Part shown: in pieces, positions 14,371-22,859 of the stretch
How positions within the stretch are numbered: position 1 is the first letter of the stretch
Layout: every line of letters starts with the position of its first letter
Virus record (IMG/VR): IMGVR_UViG_3300025146_000006
Origin: a virus
Length of the DNA stretch: 43,168 nucleotides
Reading direction: 5' to 3' (one strand)
Translations under genes and position numbers: made by a program
Notes under the pieces: model-generated
Told to the model about the DNA's origin: nothing
Seen by the model: the letters and a program-made list of their open reading frames with translations, nothing else
Databases searched by the model: none

Positions 14371-15726
14371 ATGATGTGGCTCACGCGGATGATCGCGGCA
14401 GTCTGGTTCTGGGTCGGCGAGCGCCTGCCGCGCTCGCCGGCGACGCGGATTGGCGCCTTTGTGCTGCTCCCGATCGCGGGCGGCGCGGACACGACCTCGA
14501 CCACCCTCACCAACGACATGCTGTCGGCCTACATCGCGGACAAGACCCTGATGGTGGCCGAGAAGCAGGTCAAGATGGCGCAGCTCGGCGACCCCGCCCG
14601 GCTGCCGTCGAAAATGTCCACCACGTTCCAGTACACGACCTATGACCGGCTGGCACTCCCGCAGTCGACGTTGACCGAGGGCGTCACGCCGGCCTCGACG
14701 CAGATGTCGATCTCCACCGTCTCGGCGACCGTCGAGCAGTGGGGGCAGGTCGTCGTCATCACCGATGTCGCCAACCTCACGATCAAGCACAACGTCTTTC
14801 AGAAGGCCGTCGCGCTGCTGGCCCTGGCCGCGGCCGAGACGCGGGACCGCGAGGTGCAGGAAGTCCTCCTGGCCGGGACCAACGTGCAGTACGCCGGCAC
14901 CAGCAACACGACGCGGGGCAACCTCGCCGCGGGCGACGTGATCACCACGGGCACGATCCGCACCACGGTCGCCAACCTCCGGAACAACGGGGCGCGGCCG
15001 TACTCGGGCGATCTGCTCGTCGGCGTCCTCGACCCCTCGGTCGAGCAGGACCTGACCTCCGACGCGACCTTCGTCGCGGCGGCGCAGTACAGCAAACTCC
15101 AGCTCCTGATGAACGGGGAAATCGGCACCTGGATGGGCGTCCGATGGATCCGCTCCAACTTCCTCTACACCTTCACCGGCGCGGCGTCGGCCACGGCGGC
15201 GGACGTGGCGGCGGCCGGCTCGATCGTCGCCAACACGACCGTCTACACGGTCACGACGCGCGTGGACACCACCACCGGGTTCGAGAACGGGGGCACGCAG
15301 GAGGCGACGACGACGGTCGCCAACGACGGCAACGACACGCACGCGGTCCGGGTGACGATGCCCTCGACCACGGGCTACACCTACAACGTCTACGCCGGCA
15401 CGGTGTCGGGCACGCTCTACCAGGTGTCCACGGGCAACGCGGCCAGCGCGACCTACGACATCACCACGGTGCCGACCTCCGGCACGCAGCACCCCGCGAT
15501 CGCGGCGACGGGCGTCACCACGCACGTCGTCTGGGTCCTCGGGAAGGAAGCCTTCGCGGTCGTGACGCTCGACGGCATGTCGCTGCAGACCTACGCCGTG
15601 CGGGCCTCCGCGTCGGACTCGGACCCGCTGGCGCAGCGGCACAAGGCGGGCTGGAAGCTCATGTTCAAGAGCGTGATCTGCAACCAGAACTACCTGCGCC
15701 GCGTGGAGTGCACGAGCAACTATTAG
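14371..15726 (+). CDS. Major capsid protein (HK97 fold, N4 gp56-like) with an N-terminal hydrophobic extension and an internal insertion
   Basis: 451 aa with an AGGAG RBS. It contains ...MSTTFQYTTYDRLALPQSTLTEGVTPAS...EQWGQVVVITD..., then GTWMGVRWIRSN, and ends ...GWKLMFKSVICNQNY. Confidence 0.75.
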   Translation: MMWLTRMIAAVWFWVGERLPRSPATRIGAFVLLPIAGGADTTSTTLTNDMLSAYIADKTLMVAEKQVKMAQLGDPARLPSKMSTTFQYTTYDRLALPQSTLTEGVTPASTQMSISTVSATVEQWGQVVVITDVANLTIKHNVFQKAVALLALAAAETRDREVQEVLLAGTNVQYAGTSNTTRGNLAAGDVITTGTIRTTVANLRNNGARPYSGDLLVGVLDPSVEQDLTSDATFVAAAQYSKLQLLMNGEIGTWMGVRWIRSNFLYTFTGAASATAADVAAAGSIVANTTVYTVTTRVDTTTGFENGGTQEATTTVANDGNDTHAVRVTMPSTTGYTYNVYAGTVSGTLYQVSTGNAASATYDITTVPTSGTQHPAIAATGVTTHVVWVLGKEAFAVVTLDGMSLQTYAVRASASDSDPLAQRHKAGWKLMFKSVICNQNYLRRVECTSNY

Positions 15727-15750
15727 GCCGGCGCCTGAGAGGAGTCACGT

Positions 15751-16383
15751 ATGGCAGCCCCTGAGCGGGCTGCGGCCGGGACGGCGGGGGGCGCAAGCTC
15801 CCCGCCCCTCTGGCAGCAGCTGCACTACCCGGACGAGCGGACGTTTCAGGCGATCATGGACCAGCACATCGAGCTCGGCTTCGACGCCGCGAAGAACGAG
15901 CCGCGCGACTTCTACGCGCTGCCCCCGTGGGTGCGCCTGGGATGGCCCGCGGCCGAGGTCTACGACCGCGCCAAGGGCAACAAGGCCCTGGCGGTGATGC
16001 CGTGGGCGAAGGTGATCGCGCGCTACCCGCCGCGCGCCGGCGTGTCGGAGCGCGAGCAGGATCTGTGGCGGATCCTCAACTACTGGCCCAAGCAGTGGGG
16101 CGAGGACTTCGTCGAGGTCGTGATCCGGATGAAGGGCGGGGTCCACTTCGCCTCGGCCTATCCCATCGGCAAGGACGAGAAGGGCCGCGACATCATGCAC
16201 GCCGTCGAGCTCGACTTCTCGCCCGGCCGGCACCGGCTGCCGAAGTCCGTGGCGGCCGAGGTGCGGTACGCCGACCAGAAGGCGCACGAGGAGTACATCA
16301 ACCAGTTCATCCCGAAGGTCCACCAGGACAAGGTGACCGTGATCTCGGGCACGCAGTACCCCGGCATGGTGAGCGGCGCATGA
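15751..16383 (+). CDS. Hypothetical protein, possibly a head-associated component
   Basis: 210 aa with a GAGAGGAG RBS and non-repetitive composition. I recognised no motif. Confidence 0.6.
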   Translation: MAAPERAAAGTAGGASSPPLWQQLHYPDERTFQAIMDQHIELGFDAAKNEPRDFYALPPWVRLGWPAAEVYDRAKGNKALAVMPWAKVIARYPPRAGVSEREQDLWRILNYWPKQWGEDFVEVVIRMKGGVHFASAYPIGKDEKGRDIMHAVELDFSPGRHRLPKSVAAEVRYADQKAHEEYINQFIPKVHQDKVTVISGTQYPGMVSGA

Positions 16384-16829
16384 TCGGCGAAGCGCTCGTC
16401 CTGCTCGCGACGGTGGGGCTGGTCGTCGGCTTCCTCGTCTGGCGCCACCGCCAGCGCCCGCGCTACCTCGTGACGCTCCAGCGCGTGACGAACGCCACGC
16501 AGCAGCCGGAGACGGTCACCGTGCAGGCGAACCTCCCGGCGAGCGCCTCGGCCGCGGACATCTGGGAGGCGATCGAGGTGCAGATGGGCCTCCCGTGCCA
16601 GGCGCGCATGGTGTCGCTCAACGACGAGATCCTCGAGGAGGTCGCGCGCGCCTCGGAGGCGATCGCGGCGCGGCAGGCGCGCGTCCGGAGCGAGAAGGCG
16701 GACTTCCACGCCGACAAGAAGCGGCGCCGGATCGCCCGGCGGCTCGGGAAACCCGTGGAGCAGGTGACGGACGACGAGGTCCGCGAGGCGCTCGCGCGGG
16801 CGCAGAACGCCCAGGAGGCTCCGGGGTAG
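16380..16829 (+). CDS. N-terminally membrane-anchored protein with a charged helical C-terminus
   Basis: 149 aa. The TM segment is ALVLLATVGLVVGFLVW. There is an ATGA overlap. Confidence 0.55.
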   Translation: MIGEALVLLATVGLVVGFLVWRHRQRPRYLVTLQRVTNATQQPETVTVQANLPASASAADIWEAIEVQMGLPCQARMVSLNDEILEEVARASEAIAARQARVRSEKADFHADKKRRRIARRLGKPVEQVTDDEVREALARAQNAQEAPG

Positions 16830-17525
16830 ATGGCCACCGCGCAGTCGATCATCGACCAGGCCGCGGAGCTCGCCGGCAACACGTCGATCAGCGCGACGCA
16901 TCGCCTGGCCTGGCTCAACCGCTTCCTGGAGGCGGAGTACCGGCGCAAGTACCCGTGGCAGCGCCAGACGGCGACGATCGCCTTCGCCTCGGGCGGCGTG
17001 TCGAACACGGCCGACTGGCCGAGCACGTTCCTGGACACCTACCAGCACGAGGACGGCTCCTGCGGGCGCTACACGGACTCGGGCAGTTCCATCGTGACGC
17101 TCTTCGAGTGGACCTACCGCACCTACATCGCCAAGGCCGACCGCAACACGTCCACCGGCCCGCCGCAGCGGATCGTCGCGGACCCCGTGACGGGGACGTG
17201 GTACGTCTACCCCAAGACCGACCAGGCGTACACGGTGAGCGCGGACTACTACCAGCTCCCGGCGGCCGTGGCGGTCGGCGACACGCCGCTCTGGTCCTCG
17301 CACGCGCCGGACGAGATCCTCGTGCAGGCCGTCAAGGTGGCGCAGCTCTTCCACCAGGACGACACCCGCTACACGCGCGAGTACGCGATCCTCTATGGGG
17401 ACAACCGGCTCGAGCTGCCCGGTCTGCTCCCCACCTACCGCCGCCGCGTGTTCCTGGACGAAGGCGTGACGCACCCCTCGGCGCTCGACCCGCGGATCTA
17501 CCTCACGATGCCGGTCAACGACTGA
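16830..17525 (+). CDS. Putative head-tail adaptor / tail tubular protein A (T7 gp11-like)
   Basis: 231 aa. The N-terminus (SIIDQAAELAGN...RLAWLNRFLEAEYRR) follows the gp11-like pattern. It lies just before the nozzle-like gene. Confidence 0.5.
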   Translation: MATAQSIIDQAAELAGNTSISATHRLAWLNRFLEAEYRRKYPWQRQTATIAFASGGVSNTADWPSTFLDTYQHEDGSCGRYTDSGSSIVTLFEWTYRTYIAKADRNTSTGPPQRIVADPVTGTWYVYPKTDQAYTVSADYYQLPAAVAVGDTPLWSSHAPDEILVQAVKVAQLFHQDDTRYTREYAILYGDNRLELPGLLPTYRRRVFLDEGVTHPSALDPRIYLTMPVND

Positions 17526-17932
17526 TGGCCGACGAGATCCGCGTCCGCTGCCTCTGCTGCGGCACCCCGGTCGTGCTCCGCGACGCTGAGGGGCGCACGA
17601 TCGTGCTGGCCGAGTACGCCACGCTCGGTCTGCGCCTGAACACGCTCCAGCATCACGCCGTGCCCGCCTGCCGGCGCTGCGCGGCGGACGTGCGGCCGGA
17701 GCAGTGCGCGGCGCTCACGGAGCAGATCAAGGCGCTGGCGACCGCGGATGGGACGGCCGTGCAGTGGTCGCCCGAGGACTTCGCCCAGCTCGAGGTGATC
17801 GGGACGGCGGCTGAGTTCCGCGGGCTCGAGGACGGGGCCAGGCGCCCGGTCATCGTGCCCGAGCACGGGCCCCGCCGGCTCGCGGTCGTGCCGCGTGCCC
17901 ACGCGCTCGAGGCGCACCGCCGTGCCCCGTAA
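17525..17932 (+). CDS. Zinc-ribbon protein (CLCC...CRRC)
   Basis: 135 aa: MADEIRVRCLCCGTPVV...VPACRRCAAD. There is a 1-nt TGATG stop-start overlap with the upstream gene (stop TGA 17523-17525, ATG at 17525). Confidence 0.55.
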   Translation: MADEIRVRCLCCGTPVVLRDAEGRTIVLAEYATLGLRLNTLQHHAVPACRRCAADVRPEQCAALTEQIKALATADGTAVQWSPEDFAQLEVIGTAAEFRGLEDGARRPVIVPEHGPRRLAVVPRAHALEAHRRAP

Positions 17933-19499
17933 CGAGTCCGTCGTCCTCACCGAGCGCCTGGCCGGCGTCGACCTCTTCACCGAGGCGACGCAGATCGCGG
18001 ACAACCGCTTCCGCAAGCTTCGCAACTACTACCCGCCGCGGGGCAGTCTCCGCATCCTCGGCAAGCGGCTCGGCTCGTCGACGTACAACACGAGCGCGGT
18101 CAGTGGCGTCAACCGCTTCGACAACGGCATCCGCGCCTGGACGGCGGCGACGCGCAAGCTCATCGTCGCCGGCAACCGGGCGACGGCCGATCGCCTCTAC
18201 GTCGGCGACGACGGCGCGGGTACGCTCGCCGAGATCACGGGGCCGACGGCCCTGCCGACGAGCGTCAACTGGTACTTCCGGAACTGGCCGCTCCTCGGCA
18301 CGGTGTACGCCGCCTCCGGCGACGGCTCCGTGGCGATCCAGATCAGCAGCGACTTCGCCACGCGGACGGACATGTCCGTGAGCGCCGGGGCGACCGACGC
18401 GCAGTACGGGAAGTTCCTCGAAATCTTCCGCCAGCGCCTCGTCACGGCGCGCACGGCGACGAACCCACAGCACATCTACTACTTCGACGCGGGCTCGGAC
18501 AGCGTCATCGGCGCCACGCAGTTCTGGCGCGCGGATCAGCCGGTGACGGCGCTCGGCAAGGCGACCTTCGGCACGCAGGCGAACGCGCTCCGCGAGATGC
18601 TCGTCGTCGGCACCGAGACGCAGCTCTACTACGTGGCCGGGGACGTGGACGCCACGCTCGAGCAGGTCTCGGGCTCCATCGGGTGCGTGTCGCCGAAGAC
18701 GCTGGTCAACACCCCGCTCGGGCTCCTGTTCCTCGGCGCCGACCGGATGGTGTACCTGATCCGCTCGGTGGGGCCGCCGGAGAAGGTGGGCCTGCGGATC
18801 TACCCGGACCTCCTGAAGATCCCCTCGGCGCAGCTGGTCGACGCCTGCGCGGTCTACCACAACGGCTTCTACAAGCTCGCCTTCGCCACGACGGGCGGCT
18901 CGACGAACACGCTCCAATACTGGGGCGACCTCCTGCCGGTGCTCGCGGGCGAGGACACGATCGACTGGTACGGCCCGCACGACGGCCTGGCGATTCTGGC
19001 CTTCGTGCTGCTGGACGGCCCGGCGGACGGCCTGCTGCTCTACGGCTGCCAGGACGGCGCGGGCACCGTCTGGAAGCTCGACCAGGCGTCGCTCTACCAG
19101 GACGGCGCCGAGACGGTGGTCGGCGAGATCCACACCAAGGAATTCGCGGAAGTCACCGAGGACGCGCCGGAGAACAAGCTCCGGCAGAAAATCTGGAACG
19201 GGTTCGCCTTCGGCTACCTGAAGGAGGCGACCGGCTCCGTCGGCGTCTCGGCCGTGGTCGACGCCGGGGCCTCGACGGTCTCGGACACGCTCTCGTGGTC
19301 GGTCTCGGGCGCGCTCTGGAATTCCGCGATCTGGAATACCGACCTCTGGGGCGGCTCCTCCTTCACGGAGGACGTGCTGAACTGGACGAGCCGCATCGTG
19401 GGGCGCACGGTGCAGCTGCAATTGACGCACAACGTCGCGGCGGACTGGAAGCTTCGGGACTTCACCCGCAAGGTGCGCGTCATCCCGAGGATGCCGTGA
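17895..19499 (+). CDS. Putative tail tubular protein B / nozzle; the start is either GTG 17895 or GTG 17922
   Basis: About 525-534 aa, beta-rich, with repeated hydrophobic/Gly strands. It lies after the adaptor, as in T7 gene order. I read no diagnostic motif. Confidence 0.5.
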   Translation: MPTRSRRTAVPRNESVVLTERLAGVDLFTEATQIADNRFRKLRNYYPPRGSLRILGKRLGSSTYNTSAVSGVNRFDNGIRAWTAATRKLIVAGNRATADRLYVGDDGAGTLAEITGPTALPTSVNWYFRNWPLLGTVYAASGDGSVAIQISSDFATRTDMSVSAGATDAQYGKFLEIFRQRLVTARTATNPQHIYYFDAGSDSVIGATQFWRADQPVTALGKATFGTQANALREMLVVGTETQLYYVAGDVDATLEQVSGSIGCVSPKTLVNTPLGLLFLGADRMVYLIRSVGPPEKVGLRIYPDLLKIPSAQLVDACAVYHNGFYKLAFATTGGSTNTLQYWGDLLPVLAGEDTIDWYGPHDGLAILAFVLLDGPADGLLLYGCQDGAGTVWKLDQASLYQDGAETVVGEIHTKEFAEVTEDAPENKLRQKIWNGFAFGYLKEATGSVGVSAVVDAGASTVSDTLSWSVSGALWNSAIWNTDLWGGSSFTEDVLNWTSRIVGRTVQLQLTHNVAADWKLRDFTRKVRVIPRMP

Positions 19500-19504
19500 G
19501 GGGT

Positions 19505-19939
19505 CTAGTCGCCGAACCCGAGTCGCACGCGGGTCCCCGCCCAGCACGTCGCGATCTGCTCGCGCGGCATGAGGCAGGCGGCCAGAACGTCGAACTCCGC
19601 GCGCTTCCCGGCGCGGGCCAACTCGACGAGTTCGGCGGTGGCGTTGTCGGGGACGACGACGTCGGGAGCCGGCCAGAAGGGCAGAAGATTCGTCATCGCC
19701 GCCGTGTCCAGAAAGAGGTTGTAGAGGGCGTTGAGTTGCCGCTGCTGTTGGAGCGCATCACGGAGCGCCTCACGCCTCCGGCGGTCGGCCTCGTCGAGGT
19801 CGTTCTGCCGCGGGCGCATGAACTCCATTCCGCACATGTCACAGCGCGCGAGCCCACCGACCAGACGCGGCAAGAAAGCGCGGACAGCGTGCTCACACGG
19901 GCAGGGTGCGGGGCCGCGAAGGATTCGATCGTCCGGCAT
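19505..19939 (-). CDS. Hypothetical Cys/His-containing protein, the only convincing minus-strand gene
   Basis: 144 aa: MPDDRILRGPAPCPCEHAV...ARCDMCGMEF...LPFWPAPDVVVPDNATAELVELARAG. Composition is protein-like, whereas every plus-frame translation of this stretch is Arg/Gly/Pro-rich junk. Confidence 0.65.
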   Translation of the reverse strand: MPDDRILRGPAPCPCEHAVRAFLPRLVGGLARCDMCGMEFMRPRQNDLDEADRRRREALRDALQQQRQLNALYNLFLDTAAMTNLLPFWPAPDVVVPDNATAELVELARAGKRAEFDVLAACLMPREQIATCWAGTRVRLGFGD

Positions 19940-19956
19940 CGCAGGAGCACTCTAGC

Positions 19957-20226
19957 ATGAACGCCGACCTCGCCGCGCTCGCCTGCCGGATCGATCTGCA
20001 CGAGGGCACGCTCCTCTACTGCGACGCCGAGCGGCAAGCGCGCATCGTCGCGCTCGTCCAGATCGTGACCGTCGCGGGCGAGCTGGAGACGCAGACCGCG
20101 CTGAAGACCCACGGCGAGATCGGGATGCTCGTGCAGTCGCTCGCGGCGTTCTTCGTGCATAACCCCGGGCTCCTCGAGGCCGTGACCGGCATGGTCACGA
20201 TGATGCGCCAGCGGGGCGGCGGCTAG
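19957..20226 (+). CDS. Hypothetical 89-aa protein, divergent from the minus-strand gene
   Basis: AGGAG lies 9 nt upstream of the ATG at 19957. The translation opens MNADLAALACRIDLHEGTLLYCDAERQARIVALVQIV... Confidence 0.55.
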   Translation: MNADLAALACRIDLHEGTLLYCDAERQARIVALVQIVTVAGELETQTALKTHGEIGMLVQSLAAFFVHNPGLLEAVTGMVTMMRQRGGG

Positions 20227-20228
20227 CG

Positions 20229-21458
20229 ATGGCCCTCATCACGCGCCCCTACACGTACACCGCCGGCACGGTGATCGATCCCGCGCAGGTGACATCGAAC
20301 GAAACGACCCTCTACAACGACTACAACGGGAACATCGACGCCGACAACATCTCGAGCCTCGCCGAGAACGTCATCGTCTTCGCCGCCTCCGGCCACGCCC
20401 ACTCGGGCGGCGCGGGCGGGGCGCCGATCCAGCTCGTCCAGGGCACGAACATCGCCTCGGCGTCGAGCCTGACGATCCCGACCGACGGCAACGTCTTTCT
20501 CATCACGGGCTCGACGGGCGTGACGGCGCTCTCGACGCGCAACAGCGGCGTCACCGTGTTCCTCCGTTTCCAGGCGGGTCTCACGCTGACGCACAACGGG
20601 ACGAGCCTGATCCTGCAGGACGCGCGGAACCTCGTCGTGCAGGCCAACGACGTGATCGCCTTCTACTCGCTCGGCTCCGGCAACTGGCTGCAGATCACGC
20701 GGAAACCCTGGCGCACCGACCGGCGCATCGCGGGGCTCACGCTCTCGAACAACGGCACCGACCCGACGAACGACATCGACATCGCCGCGGGCTGGACCCG
20801 GAGCGGCGACGACCTGGACGACCTGGTGCTCGCCGCGGCGCTCACCAAGCAGCTCGACGCCGCGTGGGCCGTGGGCACTGGCGCGGGGGGCCTGGACACG
20901 GGCGCGATCGCGAACGACACCTACCACGTCTGGCTCATCAAGCGCATCGACACGGGTGTGGTGGACGCGCTCTTCTCGCTCTCGGCCTCGTCCCCGACGA
21001 TGCCGACCAACTACACCGAGAAGCGGCTGATCGGCTCGATCATCCGCTCGGGCGGGGCGATCGTGCTCTTCACGCAGACCGGCGATCGGTTCGTGCGGAG
21101 CGTGCCGTCCCAGGACGGCGCGCAGACCAATCCGGGCACGGCGGCGACGACGGTCACGCTCGCCGTCCCGACGGGCCGCGTCCTCGGCGCGATCATCACG
21201 TTCGCGGTCGATAACAGCACCACCGCCACGTTCTTCGCCCTGGCCACGGCCCTCACGCAGGCGGATACGGTGCCGTCGGCGACGGCCTTCGATCTCCTGA
21301 GCGAGAGCGCGAACAATCAGCCGAGTGCCGTCAAGACCGTCGAGACCAACACCTCGGCGCAGATCCGCACGCGGCAGAGCGCCAGCGGCGCGGCGGACGT
21401 CCAGTACGTCATCACCCACGGCTGGATCGACCGCCGCGGCCAGGACGACGCGGCATGA
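20229..21458 (+). CDS. Tail fibre / receptor-binding protein
   Basis: 409 aa. The N-terminus (YTYTAGTVIDPAQVTSNETTLYNDYNGNIDADNI) is the common fibre N-terminal pattern. The remainder is Thr/Ser/Gly/Ala-rich and beta-rich. Confidence 0.7.
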   Translation: MALITRPYTYTAGTVIDPAQVTSNETTLYNDYNGNIDADNISSLAENVIVFAASGHAHSGGAGGAPIQLVQGTNIASASSLTIPTDGNVFLITGSTGVTALSTRNSGVTVFLRFQAGLTLTHNGTSLILQDARNLVVQANDVIAFYSLGSGNWLQITRKPWRTDRRIAGLTLSNNGTDPTNDIDIAAGWTRSGDDLDDLVLAAALTKQLDAAWAVGTGAGGLDTGAIANDTYHVWLIKRIDTGVVDALFSLSASSPTMPTNYTEKRLIGSIIRSGGAIVLFTQTGDRFVRSVPSQDGAQTNPGTAATTVTLAVPTGRVLGAIITFAVDNSTTATFFALATALTQADTVPSATAFDLLSESANNQPSAVKTVETNTSAQIRTRQSASGAADVQYVITHGWIDRRGQDDAA

Positions 21459-21931
21459 CGGCGACCCAGACGGCCGCGCCGCCGACGGCCCCGCCCGTCC
21501 GGATCGCGCTGGCGGACCTCGGGCATCTGGGCGCCGTGGTGGACCTCTACGCCGCCTTCGTGCGCGGCACGGGCCGGGAGATGCCGGACGCCGAACGCCG
21601 CGGCTTCGGGGACTGGGCGCTCGGGGCGCTCCGGCACCCGGACCAGCGCGTCTGGGTCGCGCTCGTCGGGCGGCATCCGCGCGGCTTCCGGGCCGCCGCC
21701 TACGTCGAGATTCCGTTCGGTCCCTACCCGCGGGCCGTGCACGGGGTCTGCCTCTACGTGGACCCGGCGCTCCGCGGTCAGGGCGTGGCCCGGCGCCTGG
21801 ACGCCGCGATGGCCGCGTGGGCCGAGGAGCGCGGCGTGCCGATGACGGGCCAGTGCGAAGCGCCGGGCGTGGCCTTCTGGGAACATCTCGGCTGGCGGAT
21901 GGTCGGCCACCTGATGGCCAAGGAGTCCTGA
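21455..21931 (+). CDS. GNAT-family N-acetyltransferase
   Basis: 158 aa. Motif A is CLYVDPALRGQGVARRLDAAMAAWAEERG. There is an ATGA overlap with the fibre gene stop. Confidence 0.75.
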   Translation: MTATQTAAPPTAPPVRIALADLGHLGAVVDLYAAFVRGTGREMPDAERRGFGDWALGALRHPDQRVWVALVGRHPRGFRAAAYVEIPFGPYPRAVHGVCLYVDPALRGQGVARRLDAAMAAWAEERGVPMTGQCEAPGVAFWEHLGWRMVGHLMAKES

Positions 21932-21932
21932 C

Positions 21933-22859
21933 ATGGCGGTGATCGGCGGGCTGGCGGCGGCAGCGCTCGCGGGCGGGGCGGCGGCCTACGGGACCCGGGA
22001 GCGCGCCGGGGCCCGGTTCAAGCAGGACCCCTACTCGATCGAGGCCCTGAAGAACCTCTCGGCCACGCGCTCGCGCCTGCAGGACCTCGGGCTCGGGCGC
22101 AACAAGGACATCCAGGCGCTCCTCGACGAGCTGCTCGCGCGCCCCGATCGGGGCTACGCGGCCGACTACGGTAAGAAGTTCTCCCCGTTCATCGGCCAGG
22201 CCCTCGACATCGCGCGGAGCCCCGAGGACGACGAGCTGACCCGCTACATGGAGCAGCAGTACATGCGCGGGGTCGGCGACGAGTTGTCTAAGGTGGGTCT
22301 CGTCGGCCAGGGCCGCGGCGCGGACCTCACGAACGAGGCGCTGCTCCGTTTCCGGATGGGCGCCCGGGCGACCGCCGACCAGCGGCGCGCCTCGGCGCTC
22401 GGCGAGGCGCGGAGCCTCTCGGACCTGCTGCGCGAGGTGGACCTCGGGGGCCGGGAGCGGACGCTCGGCGGCATCGAGGACATCACGCGCTTCCAGCGGG
22501 AGAACATCGGCTCGACGATCGGCATCGACGAGCAGCTCCTCCGGAACCCGCTGACGCAGGCGGCCTACCAGGACTGGCGCGACCGCCGGACGGCGCCGAC
22601 GGCCGCCGAGGCCGGGGTCAACTCGGGGATCAGCGCGTTCGGGGCGACCTATGGGGCGATGAGCGGCATGGGTGGCGGCGGGCAGGGCGCGGGGTCGCCC
22701 TACGGCACCTCGCCCTACGGGCAGCCCTCCCCGACGATGCAGCCCGGCACCTCCGCGGGCGGCTACGGCGTCGGCTCCTCCGGGAGCATCTACAGCACGC
22801 CCTATCGCCAGCCCCGCCAGACCGGCATGACGCAGTGGGGGACGCCGATCTATGGCTGA
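21933..22859 (+). CDS. Putative internal virion protein with a Gly/Ser/Pro/Tyr-rich C-terminus
   Basis: 308 aa. It has an N-terminal hydrophobic segment and a C-terminal low-complexity tract (GMGGGGQGAGSPYGTSPYGQPSP). The call rests on position. Confidence 0.5.
   Translation: MAVIGGLAAAALAGGAAAYGTRERAGARFKQDPYSIEALKNLSATRSRLQDLGLGRNKDIQALLDELLARPDRGYAADYGKKFSPFIGQALDIARSPEDDELTRYMEQQYMRGVGDELSKVGLVGQGRGADLTNEALLRFRMGARATADQRRASALGEARSLSDLLREVDLGGRERTLGGIEDITRFQRENIGSTIGIDEQLLRNPLTQAAYQDWRDRRTAPTAAEAGVNSGISAFGATYGAMSGMGGGGQGAGSPYGTSPYGQPSPTMQPGTSAGGYGVGSSGSIYSTPYRQPRQTGMTQWGTPIYG

Noticed and set aside
14371-14516. The hydrophobic N-terminal 48 codons of the capsid ORF treated as a separate small membrane-protein gene.
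   Set aside because: They are in the same frame as the capsid core with no intervening stop, and there is a single strong RBS at 14371. They are kept as part of the capsid ORF and reported as an oddity.
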